64,000 nt of DNA. Source: Lama guanicoe (Eukaryota). Below the pieces are notes generated by a model. It made no database searches. It saw only the letters and a list, made by a program, of their open reading frames with translations, and had not been told where the DNA came from. The stretch is from assembly GCA_013239625.1 (NCBI GenBank), contig MU054338.1:808001-872000 (forward strand), in the 5' to 3' direction. The translations under genes and the position numbers were made by a program. Shown piece after piece: positions 1 to 13,100 of the stretch; the stretch's first letter is position 1, and each line of letters opens with the position of its first letter.

Positions 1-1026
1 GTGTGCGGTGTGTCAATACCCAGGAAAAGGGAGCGGGACCGCATAAAACGTGGAGGCTCAGGTGGGCCAGTACTGGACAGCACGTTACCCTGGGTTTCCT
101 GCTGTAGACACGGTGATAGCCCAGCTCGCTGAGTCTGAGGAGCTTTCCTGGGGTGTCTGGTGGGTGGGATCATGAAGTTGTTAACCAGAAAGCAAGGGTC
201 ACTGTGTTTATAATCTAATGGAGAAGACAGCTGACTTCAGGAAAGATTGCGTGACAAGATAAAGGGTTTAGGTTGGTCCAGTTTGGCAGAAGGACCCAAG
301 CGTTGAGACCAGATTCTCTGTGGTCTCTGTGCTATAGTGTCTACCCCCTAACAAATCCCCCAGAAAAAGAGGGCGGTCACGTGAGGAACAGTCAGAATGC
401 TGCTGGACCTCCGGTTTCTAAAGCTCTCCAGGAACCAGGGCCCTGCAGGAATGGTGGTTCCTGTGTGGGGCTGAGAAGGGACAGGTGAGTCTGGACTACA
501 CCTAGCAGGAGGAAAAGATGGGGAGGCAGCCTGTGGGTTCGGGTCACCAGAAAGCACTGGTGGGTGATGGAAAAGATGATGGGTAAAGAGCTGCCATCTG
601 GAAGGTCTCTGGGCCACATGGGCCAAATTTACTTCAGTGTGACCTCCCACCTCTGAACTGCCTGCCTGACCCCAGCAGCTAGGAAGAGAAGGACAGAGCA
701 GGTGAGGCTTCATTGTAGATTCAATTGTCTAGTTTGGAATCTCCATAACTTAAAAAAAAGTGAAACTGATGACATGTTATTCACTTGGCAATTGGCAGAG
801 GGGAGAGGCATGCTCAGAGCAAATGTGCCCTCCAAGGGGACATGGGTTTTGTTTCTGAGCATGAAGAGCTACACAGGTGTGCAGAGCTTTCAAGCTGCCA
901 GGTCTCCAGGAGAAAAGGCAAGTTCCCTGGGGCGGTCGAACCCCTCCATCTTGCAGGATGGGACGGTCCTGCTGGAAGTACGGATGGCTGTCTGCCAGTG
1001 TAAGGCTTGTTGATGGGTTGGGGGAG

Positions 1027-1160
1027 GGTTTTGTAAATAAAGTTTTATTGGCACACAGCCATACCATTTCTTTCTGGTTTTGGTGCTTTCTTTGCTACAA
1101 CAGGCAGAGGCTGGCCTGCGTAGCCTAAATTATTGACTGGACCTTTAGTGGGAAGCTTCT
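1027..1160. mobile_element. MER58-like hAT DNA transposon fragment
   Basis: GTTTTGTAAATAAAGTTTTATTGGCACACAGCCA motif, recalled as characteristic of MER58. Confidence 0.6.
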
Positions 1161-1245
1161 TGTGTTCTATAAAAACATGCAGTACCCTCCCTGAGACAGC
1201 GGTGTCAGTGTGCCCCCCACATTGGTCCCCCATAGCCTGTGTCAC

Positions 1246-1963
1246 TTTTTATTGAAGTATAGTCAGTTTACAATGTTGTGTTAATTCCTGGTACACAGCA
1301 TAGTGATTCAGTTGTACATAGATACCTTTTCATATTCTTTTTCATTATAAGTTACTACAAGATAATATAGTTCTCTGCTGTACAGTAGGTCATTGTTTAT
1401 TTTGTATAGAGTAATGTGTTTATGCTAATCCCAAACTCCCAGTTTCTCTCTCCCCATCCACCCTTCCCCCATGGTAACCATGAGTTTTTCTGTGAGTCAC
1501 TGTTTTGTAAATAAGTTTATGTGTCTCTTTTTTTTAGGTTACAGTTATAAGTGACGTAAGATATTTTTTTCTGACTTAGTATGACAATCTCCAGGTCCAA
1601 CCATGTTGCTGCAAATGGCATTGTTTCTTTCTTTTATGGCTGAGTGGTATTCCACGTGTGTGTGTGTGTACAGCTTCTTTATCAGGAAAGAAGGTTGCTT
1701 CAGTGCCTTGGCTGTTGTAAATAGTGCTGCTGTGAACGTTGGAGTGCATGTGTCTTTCCAAATTAGTTTTCTCTGGGTGTGTACCCAGGAGTGGAGTTGC
1801 TGGGTCATAGGGTAAGTCTAGTTTTAGTTTTTTAAGGAACCTCCATACTGTCCTCCACAGTGGCTGCACCAAGCTGCATCCCCGCCAGCAGTGCAGGAGG
1901 GGTCCCTTTTCTCTACATCCTCCAGCATTTACCATTCGTGGACTTTTTTAATGATGGCCTTTC
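1246..1963 (-). mobile_element. 5'-truncated L1 (end of ORF2 plus 3' UTR)
   Basis: Minus-strand translation ...[30 protein letters not shown] matches the L1 ORF2 C-terminus; candidate TSD TGTGTCAC(C)TTTT on both sides. Confidence 0.9.
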
Positions 1964-2990
1964 TGTGTGTCACCTTTTGAAGCTTTGAACGAAACTTCCG
2001 CCCTGGTCACCACTGGCCACTTTAGTGCACTCAGGGCAGAAGCGGCAGTGATCATTTTTAATTTTTTAAAGCGATCACATTTTTTCTGCACTTTGTGTGA
2101 CAGTGAAGGGTGACTAGGAGACATGTATTAGTATCATAAGTGAGACATGCGGCCTATCCACACTGCGGCGCACGCTGCAACCGCAAGGTGGCACCCTAAT
2201 CCAGGAGCAGTTTCGGGGGTCCGGGGGGGTGGGGCAGGGGTCCTCGTAACCCCGGACAGCAGCACCCGGTCCCTCTCGTCTGGGCTCCGCTTTCAGACCT
2301 TCGCGCCCCATTTCTGCCTCTGCCCGCTCCCGTGGGCTCTAGAACAAGAGTACTTACCCCAAGGCCGCTGGCCGCCTCCACCAGCTCAGTCAGAGGCAGC
2401 TCCATCGCTGGGACTGGGGGCTCAGCCCGGCCTTCTGGTCGGTCAGCTATCTTCAGAACCTGGCTCGACCTCGTCCCACCGCCCCAACTACGACCACCCA
2501 AGCGAGGCCGTCACCACGTCCCACCTGGATGTCAAAGGAAATGCATGTCATCCTCCCCTTTCTTCCCCCACTGTCTTCCTCAGGCTTTGGCAGTAACGCC
2601 CAGGGTCCTCCCATGGTGCAGGAAGCCCCTCCTCCCCGCTGCTCTTCAGCCTCTCCAGACGTTCCCCCTACAAGCCTTCCCACGGGTGGTGCGCTCTGCC
2701 CAGACGCCCTTCCCGCTGATTCATGGTACCACCTCCTGGAGACTAACTACCCTAACCATCCCCGCCAAAGTAGTGCCCCTTTCTCTTGCTGCTGCTTTGC
2801 CTTCCCTGGACATGGCAGAGCTTATGATAACGCCCCCTCCGCGACCCGCGCCGGCTCTACCCACCATCCTTCCCAACCATGCTCCTGCTGTCCTCCCACC
2901 GTCCCCCACATTTCCCCTACCCCACCCTTCCCGGACCGGCGGTCCTCTCGCCCCGGGTCTCTCGGCCCTGCCCACGGCCTGTTCTCCCTT

Positions 2991-3008
2991 TAGCCACCAG
3001 AGGGCGCA
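2991..3008 (+). promoter_or_regulatory. CTCF motif (forward)
   Basis: TAGCCACCAGAGGGCGCA matches the CTCF core CCACCAGRGGGCGC. Confidence 0.6.
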
Positions 3009-4025
3009 TGTGAGCACAGATGGGGCGCGTCCCTGCTCTGCCCACCTCACCCCCGGGCCCTGCACAGCCTGACCCGCCCTATCACCTCCTCGCCGTCACC
3101 TCCTGTCCCTTCCCTTTGTGCTGGCTGTTCCTTCTGCCGGATGCTCTTCTCTCGAGTTACTTCTCGGGTCTCTATTCAAGTGTCCTTCTCAGCAGCCCTT
3201 CACGCCCACCCCCCTCGCCTCCCCTGTTATTTCCTCCTCGGCGCCCACAGCTAGCCAACATGTCTTATTGACTGTTGGTCCCTCTCCTTTCAATGTCAGT
3301 TCCCCGTGGGCAGGGGATTTGACTGTTCATTGCGCAGGGCCCAGAACACAGTAGGTGCTTAATAAGTGTTAGTTAAGTGACTGGTTATGCGTGGTATCGC
3401 CCCATCAGTCCTCTCCGTGCCCAGCGCCCAGCTCAGAACTTAGCAAACAGCAGGCGCGCAGCCCGTGTTTGCTGAATGACTAATGAACGGAATGCGCAGT
3501 CCCGGTCTCTGCAGGAACACAGTCCAAGCGCGCAGCGACTGTGGCTGAAGGGCGGAGCCCCGCTCCATCCCCCCGAGATCTCCAACCTCAGTGGGGCCCT
3601 TCCTAATCCGGGCCCACTTTCCAACCAGAACTCTCCCACAGCTCCCGTGAGAGCCCTTCCCCGCCCTTCCGCCGCCCCCAGAGAACCCTCCCGCACCTCT
3701 AGGGCTCCCCAACCTGGTCAGACCCCTGCCCCTCCCCGCTCTCTCTGTTCGCGCAGGTCCCCGCCCCCACCTCCCTCACTCGGGATCTCCTCAGGGCGCC
3801 CCTCCCAAGTCCTCAGTCCCTCGAGACACCGTCCCCCAGCCCGTGCGAGACCCCATACCCCCCTCATTCTCCCCCTTCGCATTAGAGTCCCCGCCCTGGC
3901 CTCGCTGTGTGACCCCTCTCCACCCCTTGTTCCGCGCAGGCGCAGGGTGTCCAGGCCGGTTCCCCCCACCCCCACCCCAGCGGCAGAGGGGCGGGGCGCG
4001 GGCTGGTCTAGGCGGCCGCGGCTCC

Positions 4026-4079
4026 ATGGGGCTCCTGGGGCTGCTGAGCCTGCTGCACTCGGCTTTCTTCGGGGACCAG
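4026..4079 (+). CDS. APC2: Candidate alternative first coding exon of APC2 (MGLLGLLSLLHSAFFGDQ)
   Basis: ATG at 4026 in a CpG island, 18 codons, then donor CAG|GTAGGG at 4080. A phase-0 splice to the acceptor at 10135 is in frame with the ATG at 10153. Confidence 0.6.
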
Positions 4080-4790
4080 GTAGGGCGCGGGGGTCTCGGC
4101 CACCGGGGGAGGGGCCTGACCGTAAGCACGGCTAGGGCGAGATAGCCGCAACCCGGGACGGGATGAGGACCGCGGGAACGTGGTCGCGGCAGCAGGAGGC
4201 ACACGGGCACGTGCACGAAATCTGGACGGGTCTGGGGTCTCAAGCAGTCGCTGTGGAGACTGTTGCTAGGGAAACCGCCTCAAGATGGTTGCCGGATTGG
4301 GAGCCCCTCCCCCGCACCGCAGCGACACCCTCACTCGGGGTTTGCGCAAGCGCGGCCTTGCCAGGTCCAGCTTTCGGCCTCCGAGGGAGGCACCCTGGAC
4401 CCCTCCTCAATTGCACAGTCGAGGAAACTGGCTAGGGCAGAGGAGCTGCCGGGACTTGCTGTGTCGAGGCTCCGCCCTGCCCAATCCGGTGGGGGGACCG
4501 TGCCACGCCCTGCACCTCTCCAGGCCTCAGTTTCCCCTTCTGGACGCGGAGTGTAGGGTCCACTTAGATGTGCTCCCACGCTGATGTTTATAGTAATATC
4601 CATCCCACCCGGCACGAGCGCTTTGCCGGCCGTGAAATCGTTCTGAATCCTGAGGCTAGAACATCCCCTCTTTAAGAGGAAACTGAGGCTGGAGGAGTGT
4701 AGCGGGGACCCCAAGGTCACGACGCAGGCAGGGCTGCAGCCTGAGCGCCGAAGGGAGGCGCCGGCAGAGGACACCACCTGGAGGCCGGCG

Positions 4791-4811
4791 GGAGCTGTCC
4801 GCGGTGCTGAC
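4791..4811 (-). promoter_or_regulatory. RE1/NRSE (REST-binding) element
   Basis: Reverse complement GTCAGCACCGCGGACAGCTCC matches the RE1 consensus TTCAGCACCACGGACAGCGCC at 18/21 positions, with both half-sites intact. Confidence 0.8.
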
Positions 4812-7029
4812 GGGGCTTCGCGCCCACACGCTCCACTCCCGGGAAACTGAGGCCCAGAACCGTGGTTAGGCAACCCATCCCGGGTTGGGAATCGGGGACT
4901 CAGCCTAGTCCGGCCGATCCCCCCCGCCCCTCTTCAGGGGAACCCCCTCAACTGTCAGGGCCCTTGTCCAACAACCCAGCCCAAACCCATCTCTGATCTC
5001 GTGACCACCTCGTGCCTTCCTGCTCCCCTGCGCCCCCATCCAGCTCCAAGTTGAGGGACACCCTGGTTCCGCCCCTAGCCCCTGACACAGCACAGGCTCA
5101 GTGGGGAAGGGCGAGGAATCAAGAGGGAAGAGACACCCGGGGTCAGGCTCAGAAGGCCCAAAGACTGCTCCGTGAGTGACTGGCTGTGTCCTGGGCTGAG
5201 TCCTGGGGTGGGGGAGTGTTTCATGGTGGGGATGGGAAGAAGCGATCCTTGCGCGGTAGGGGGCGCAGAAGATACCAGGCAGGGAGACTGGAGAGGGCCC
5301 CTCACTGGGCCTGGTGACTGTGCTTTCTCAGCTCCCTGAGATTGGGTCTGGGGTCCTGGGAGGCTCCTGAGTTTCCCAAGGCTCTTGTGGTCCTAGAATG
5401 TCCAGTGATCCTGAGTCTGGTTGTGGTTCAAAGATTTACGGGGTCAAGGATTTGGAGTGGTGTCAGGGATGTGATGTTCCGGAGGCTTGGAGACAAGGGC
5501 ATTTTGCCCTAGAGCCTCAGCTCCCATGTGCCCTCAGCCTTCCAGGCCCCAGCCACACCCAGAGTGATAAATGCCCAGGGAGGGCCTGATGGGGCTCATG
5601 CATGAACTCAAGCAATGTGCTCCCTGTCCTGAGCCTGTTTCCCCATGTGTACAAGGACAAGACTGGCCATGGGACCCTCCCAAGCTCTGCCAGCTCTAAG
5701 GTTCCGGCTGAGAGGGGCCTAGAGAGTAGTGACATCTGAGACTGGGTAGGGGAGCTGAGACTTAGGTCCAGTCAGAGTGGGGGCAGGGATTCTCCAACCC
5801 ATCTTCAGTGATCAAAGGGGAAGCTGAGGCCAGAGAGAGACATGCCCAAGGGCATTCAGGGAAATCAAGGTGCAGCTGAAGCCAGGGCCCCGAGCTCTGT
5901 CCTCTCCCCACCCTCATTCTAGCTTTGCCCAGTCTGCCCTGCTTTTCCGTAGTCAGTTCAGCCCCATGACTCCTCCAGGGGGACTGCGCCTGCTCTAAAT
6001 GCTTCATAACTTCTCTGGTCCAGCCCCACTGCCCTCTGTCCTCCGTGGCCCCCCAGGAGTCCATCTTTCCTGAGTGGGCTCTGGTCTCTCCTGGCTCTGG
6101 GCATTGCACATGCTGTTCCCTCGGCCTGGAATGCTTTTCTCCTCCTTGACCCCATGACCAACTCTTAGTCATTCTGAAGAGCCCCAGCACCAGTGTCCCC
6201 TTCTCAGTGCAGCCTTCCCAGCCTCTGGAAAGAGCCTTTCTGCCCACTGCACCCCCCTTACCAAGCTCCACAGGCTGGGGGCAGCTGTGTCCAGCTCTGG
6301 TGGCCCTGAACATTCAGGCCCCCACATCTCCTGGTCCTGGTGCCTTCTTTGTCCTTCAGACAGCGGGCAACCTGAGCCACAGCTGCAGATATGGGCTTTT
6401 GATGTTAAACCCTCAAGTGGCCTCTGGGGACCTATGGTTGATCTGAGACAGCTAGGGACATGTACTCCTGGTATCTCAGACCCCTCCCTCCTCTGGCTTC
6501 CCTTATGTGAAGGTGAATTATGGGTGCGACCAGAGACAGAGACACAGACAGAGATTTAAAGAAAGCAGGGGGATGTGGGCAGGGACATGATGTCACAGCG
6601 ATGCCCACAGAGGTTCTGACCCTTTGCCAGGGAGACAGGGAGAAATAGGGAGAAATGCAGGGTCCCAGGTGCTTCCCAGCGTGCCTGCCCATCCACCACG
6701 CTCAGCCTCTACACCAGCCAGAATCTTGGGGTGGGGGTCCAGCTGGAACCCCAAACCTGGCCTGCTCTGACCCATCCGAACAAGACCAGGCTGGATCCTT
6801 AGGGAAGGGCTTTCTGTCCTGCCCCTGGAGCTTCCCTCCCTCCACCTTAAGATTCTGATGTAACATCCAAGACTGGATGGTTTACTATCAAATTCTGCAG
6901 ATCCAGCCATGGGAGATTCCAAGAGGCCATTTCACCCCAGAATGGGGTGGAGACACGAGGTCGTGGTCCTCAGGGTGCGCCCTTCCTTTTGGGGGTTCAC
7001 CCCCACACATGCACACCCCCTTGAACCCG

Positions 7030-7391
7030 TGCGGAGGTCCGATGCCCGGCGGCAGCCGCTGGTCCCCGCCCCGGGCAGCCATTGGCTGTTGCCATGGCAC
7101 CAGCCCATCTTCCCGCTCTGCCATTGGCCGCCGCGCCTGCATCCCGCATCCTGCATCCTCCCCCGCTCGCTGTGGTCTCGCCCAGCGCCCAGAGCGGCGG
7201 CGCCGCCTGGTCAGGCCCAGACCGGGCTTTGTTCGCCACAGAGCCCCTCGCCCTCGACGACAAAACCCCGGAGCCCCGGAATCCACGCACCGAGGCCCCC
7301 CCCGTCCCTGGAGGACTGGGAGCTCGGGCGGGACCCGCGGAGCTGGGCTGAGGGAGGAAGACCCAGGCCAGCCGAGCCCCAGTGAGATAAA
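7030..7391 (+). promoter_or_regulatory. APC2: CpG-island promoter and probable non-coding first exon of APC2
   Basis: CpG-rich; two inverted CCAAT boxes (ATTGG at ~7081 and ~7123); donor AAA|GTAAGC at 7392. An in-frame TGA just before the donor makes this exon non-coding when spliced to 10135. Confidence 0.6.
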
Positions 7392-10152
7392 GTAAGCGAA
7401 CGCTTTCCCTGGGTGGAGGGCAGGGGGTGCGGCCTCTCTTCTGCCATGGATCTGCATCCCTTTCTCTCTGCCTCAGCACACACTCCGAAGCCTCTTTCTT
7501 CATCTTGGAGCCAGAGGAGAAACTGTCCCAGGGAGGTGGGCGTCTGCTTCGCAGCAGCTGGTCCCGCGCAAACACCCACTCACAGGTTTCAACACCCAGA
7601 CCTCCCAGAGTCTGCGGGCAGGCCTGCTGTGTGCTTTAGGCGATGGTGCTGCACCTCTCTGGGGGCCAGTCGGATTAGAGGAAATGCGGCCCCTCGGTGC
7701 TCATTCAGACAAACTGCCAGCTCTTGGTGCTTTCCCATCAGTGATGGAGATCTCTCTGATGCAGGGCCCTGAGGCAGCCTGGGGGCTAGGGGTAGGCAGG
7801 AGAGCTTCCAGGAGGAAGCTGCATGTGAGGGATAGCAGGAGTCAGGAAAGGTGTTTGGGGTAGGAGAACTGAATGTGCAAAGGCCTAGGGGAAAGAGAGC
7901 TGCTGGTGGCAGTGATGTGGGGTGTGTGTGGAGGAGTCACATCTTATGCTGAGGAGGCTGGGAAGCCATGGAGACACTGGGGCAGGGAAGAAATGGAACC
8001 CTCCTTGTGACTTTCGAAGTTCCCTCTGGCTGAGCCTGCCAAGTGGACTGTGGGAGGCCAGGAAGAGGCTGGCAAGGCTTCCCTGGGAAGGTCCAGCTGA
8101 GCAGAGCTTGAGGGGTTTGTGAGAGTGTGGGGTTTGTGAATCCAGATTATAATGAGGGAGCCTGGTGGGCGGCCTTGCTGCCAATTTCAGTTTGATGGGA
8201 ACTCGGGAGTGACCACTGGGTGTGGGGGGAGCAAAGATGTCTGAGGCCTGGCCTGGGCCATTCCAGAAAAGCCCTGTGAGCACAGCCTGGGAGAAGGCCT
8301 GGGTGGGGTGCTCTGGGTTTGGGGCGTGGGAGGACGTGCCCAGGACGCGTGCTCCCCCCGGCCAGGCATGGCGTGATGGCTCAGCCAGGACACAGGGCTC
8401 CATCAGGACTGTAGGGGTCTGGCTGCAACCCTGGTCAGTTCTGATCCCCAGCTGGGACCCCTGACTAAGCCGTGGAAGGGAAGGCTGAGGCCATCAGGTC
8501 GCCAGCCTCCCCCACCTGACACACTGTCCTCATGGGACTGCTCCATCTGCCTGGGACTTGCAAATTGCTCCATGATCACCACCCCACCTGGACTCACATC
8601 GGCCCACAAGACAGGCCTGGCCAACCGAGTACTCCCCATTCGTCAGACATGCAAACCAAGGTCTTGGGTTGGGAGGTGCTTCTGTGTGTCCAGCACTGCC
8701 TGGACTTCCAGACACTTCCATGGCAGCATCTGGGTTCCAGTCATGCCTTGTGTGTCCACTAGCCTCCGTTACTCTCTCTGAACAGCCTAATGGTGGTCCC
8801 TGAGACTCAGGATTGTGACAAGGAGTCAGATGACAGGGCCAGGCCCACAGTAGATCCTGAGTGGTTAGAATGGACTGACCCCACTTGGGGCTGAGTTCTT
8901 CCCCCAACTCCAGGTCCAGCTGTGCCCTTGGGGACCCCAGGGTTGGTGGGGGACTCAGCAGGGGAGGAGGAGGAGGAGAGAGAGGAGGATAATGAGCCAC
9001 TGAATGAATGAGGGCCAAGGGCTGCCAGGTTGAGGGGGAGAGGGAGGGATCAGGTGCCCTGCTGTGGGCAGGCAAGGGCTGACTGATCTGGGGAGGGGGC
9101 TCAGGCAGGCGGGGAGAGGGGGCTCCCAGGGAGGAGGTGGCAGAGGGGATGTGCTGCCATTGGTGCACCTCAGACAAAGGCGGAGGGAGGGGGTGAGGGC
9201 TGATGGGAAGGGAACAAAGAGGACGGGGGGCCGGGGTTGGGACCGCTCATCTGGAGGGCCAAGCGCCAAGCAGAGGGAGGAGGCACTGGCCAGCTGGACA
9301 GAGGGAGGAGGCTGGGCTGGAGCAAGAAAGGACAGCCAGACACACAAAGAAGCCAGCGGCGGTGGCAGAGCCCTGGGGATGGGGCGTGGGACACCGGGGG
9401 CTGCAGGGGCTGGCAGAGGGCTGACCGGAGGGGCACCAGGCCAGGCAGGTAGCTACTCCAGGTCCAACCACTGATGGGGGGGTGTGGGGGCTGCAGGGCA
9501 TCCAGGTTCCACACCCTCAGGGTGACCGTGGTAGGTTGGGGTCTTTCTGTCCCGCTGTCCAGCCGCAGGGGCTCCACTGTCAGCCTGACCATGGCTTTCT
9601 TGGAACCTCCACGGCATTCTTGTCCAGCGACTGGACCAGGTGGCAGGCTGTCTACCCAGCCTCTACATAGCTATCTTTATTCAGGAGAGGGTCTTGGCTG
9701 TCCATCCATCTGTCTGTCTGTCTCTCTGGCTGTGTCTGTGAGACTGGTGGCAGTGGGCTGGCCAGTCCACCTGCTGGCTTAAACTATCATGCTGTCTGTC
9801 CTTCTAGGGGGTTGTCAGCATATATGTCCAGGCCCAGCAGCGAGGGCCGATGTCTATCTGGGTCTTGTCCGTTGGTCGGTGGGCTGTCTGTCTGAACACC
9901 TGTCCGATGGCTGTATCCCTCTGTTTCCCATTGTCTCTGCCTATGTCTGTCACTCCATCTGCCGTGTTGTCTGTCCCTCGGATTCCCTGGGCCAGCACTG
10001 TCCTCTCTGCAGCAGGCCACACCAGCCACTCCGGCCCAAGATCCACCCCGGGTTTGGGTGGGAGGGTTTGGGCTTAGGTCAGGGGCCAGCCCCTCACCAG
10101 GCCCTTGGATGATTCCTCTCTCCTGTGGCTCCAGGCACTGCAGGAGCTGAAG

Positions 10153-13100
10153 ATGACGAGCTCCGTGGCACCCTATGAGCAGCTGGTGCGGCAGGTGGAG
10201 GCCTTGAAGGCCGAGAACAGTCACCTGAGGCAGGAGCTTCGGGATAACTCAAGCCACCTGTCCAAGCTGGAGACAGAGACATCGGGCATGAAGGTAAGGG
10301 GAGGCAGGGCAGAGGATGTGGGCCGGGGTCTCAGGGACAAACCCCAGGGCGCTGGACCCAGGGATGGGCAGGCAGGACTGGGGGCCTCTCCCAGGGGGCT
10401 GGACCCGGCACGGTGCAGATGCTGACCGCCCTCTTTCCTGTCTCCACCTTCAGGAGGTCCTGAAGCACTTACAGGGCAAGCTGGAGCAGGAGGCCCGAGT
10501 GCTGGTGTCCTCGGGGCAGACTGAGGTGCTGGAGCAGCTGAAAGGTAAGGGGCTGGCCTGGGGGCCACCTCCCGCATACTGGGGCAGCCCCTGCCCCACT
10601 CCCAGAGGGAACTGGGAGGAGGGGAGGGGTGCTCACTGGGCCTCTCCCTCCATACCCATCCAGCCCTGCAGATGGACATCACCAGCCTGTACAACCTCAA
10701 GTTCCAGCCCCCAGCTCTGGCCCCGGAGCCAGCTGCCCAGACCCCTGAGGAAAGCCCAGTACACAGCTCCGGGCCCTCCAAGGACAGCTTTGGGGAGCTG
10801 AGCCGGGCCACCATCCGGCTGCTGGAGGAACTGGACAGGGAAAGGTGAGATGGCGGGGAACCTTACCAGAGGCTGCTTTCACAAGGTTCCACCCACAGCC
10901 TCTCTACTTTCTGATGTTCCCCATGTGCCCTGACCACTGAGCCTGCCCACCCACCTAGTGAGTAGCCCCCCACCCACCCACACCCTGCCCCCTGTGGAGC
11001 CTCAGCCCACTTTCCTGGCCCAGCTAACCTCAGCTGGAGGGCAAAGGGGAGGGGGCCATTCCTGGCAGAGGGGAAGGCTCCTGGGAGATGTCCCTGGGGG
11101 CCCCGACATGCAGGCGTCTCCGGGCACAGGGCTGTGTCCAATGCCAGGCCTCAGAGTCAGGCCTGGAGCCAGAAGGACTCAAGGCGGCCTTTGTGGAGAA
11201 AGGGCTGCAGCCCAAGAAACTAGGGCCTGGAGCCGGAAGGAGGCAGGGTCCGGGTGCCTAGCTCACTCCGCCAGGTTGTGTGGGGTCAGATGCGGCAGTC
11301 CTGGAGCAGCCCGGAGTTAAGTCCACTCTCTGCTGTCAAGCAAGAACACTATCACCTCCCCAGCCTCAGACTTCTGCTCTGTGAGATGGGAACAGCAGGG
11401 TCTGTGCACAGGGCGTGAAGAGGGAGAATCTATTGCACCTGGAGCAGCCCGAGCCTGGCGTTTGCCCTGTGTAGGCTGCAGGGAGATTAGCCGGGCTTGC
11501 AGAGGTGTTAGAGTCAGAACGGCCGCCTCAGTTTTTCTCCGAGGACCAGGATTTACAAAGGAGCTACTTTCTCTCCTTTCAATTAATTTCCGTACCCCAC
11601 TCCCACCTGGGACCGGCAGGGCCACGGGCGAGACTTTGCCACAGTGTTTATTAAACCTGGCACACAGTAAGCACCCAACAAGTGATTAGGAAAATCAGAA
11701 TAAACAGCACACAGGCCAGGGCTCCCGCACTGTGAGCCGGGGCCCACCAACCTGCCCTCCCCCTAGGTGTTTTCTGTTGAACGAGATTGAGAAGGAGGAA
11801 AAGGAGAAGCTCTGGTATTACTCGCAGCTGCAGGGCCTGTCCAAGCGCCTGGACGAGCTCCCGCACGTGGAGACGGTGAGAGGGCAGGAAGGTGCCCAGG
11901 GGTCTGCAGTGCTCGCCCCGCCCACGGCGAGGGGAGCGGCGGGGAGGCCCCGGCCCCGTCCGGGCGTCCCCTCACTGCGGCCCACTTGCCCCTCCCAGCA
12001 GTTCTCGATGCAGATGGACTTGATCCGTCAGCAGCTGGAGTTCGAGGCCCAGCACATCCGCTCGCTGATGGAGGAGCGCTTCGGCACCTCGGACGAGATG
12101 GTGCAGCGGGCGCAGGTGCCGTGGGGGCGGGGCCATGAGCCAGCGGGCGAATCGGAGCGCTGAGATTGTTGTGGGCGTGGTCTGGGCTAGTAGGCGGGGT
12201 TATATGCCTGTGGGCGAATCAGAGGGCAGAGACCCCTGTGGGTGGGGTCTGGCTCAGGAGGCGGAGCCAGAGCTAGAGCTGGTTGTGCGTGGAGGCGGGG
12301 GGTGCTTAGGCCAGCACCAGGCTCGGAGGGCAGAGTCCGACAGCGATGGGGACGGGGCGGACAGGGCGACGGGCTGCATCCGGACAAGACTTGGGAGTTG
12401 ACAGTCAGTGGCGGACAAAGTCAGGAAGGCCTGGAGGACGGGGTGGGGTCTAAATAGTGGGCGGAGCCAGCCCCTGCGGTTGAGAGTTGACCCTTGGGTG
12501 GGGCCGGGCAGAGGGGGTAGTAGACAACTCACTGGGTAGGGTTTAGAGTGGGTGGGCCGTATCAAGGAGGAGGCGGAGTCAGGGCCAAGGTTAGGGTTTG
12601 GGCAATGGGCGGGGTCCTACCAGGGACTGGGGGGAGTCAGAGCATGGGGCCGGATTTGGACTGGGGGCGAGGCCAAATTGGGGGGTAGGCAGAGTCAGAG
12701 CCTGGGTGGGAGGCCCGCAGCCTGCACTTTCTCCCCTGCAGATCCGTGCTTCCCGCCTGGAGCAGATCGACAAGGAACTGCTGTCAGCTCAGGACAGAGT
12801 GCAGCAGACGGAGCCCCAGGTACCAGGAGGGGTGGAGCCAGGGTCCTCAGGGCCGGTAGCAGCCCCAGGCAGCAAGGGGTCCAGGGCCTTGCTCAGGGTG
12901 CTGTAATCCGTCTGCTGCCCCCACCACAACGTCACGGGTGTGCGAACGGCATTAGCAGCCTGGGCGCTTTGTGGGGTGCCCTGGGGCTGAGCCCCCAGGC
13001 CTGGCGTTCTCCCCACAGGCCTTACTGGCAGTGAAGTCAGTGCCAATGGACGAGGACCCCGAGATGGAGGTCCCCACGCACCCTGAGGATGGTGCCCCTC

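Larger units (their letters stand above)
3400..4900 (+). promoter_or_regulatory. Upstream CpG island / distal APC2 promoter
   Basis: High CpG density and GC boxes (GGGGCGGGG at ~3988) just upstream of the 4026 exon. Confidence 0.6.

Noticed and set aside
10105..10152. ORF-track N-terminal extension MDDSSLLWLQ of APC2
   Set aside because: Begins at TTG and runs through the intronic polypyrimidine tract upstream of the 10135 acceptor.
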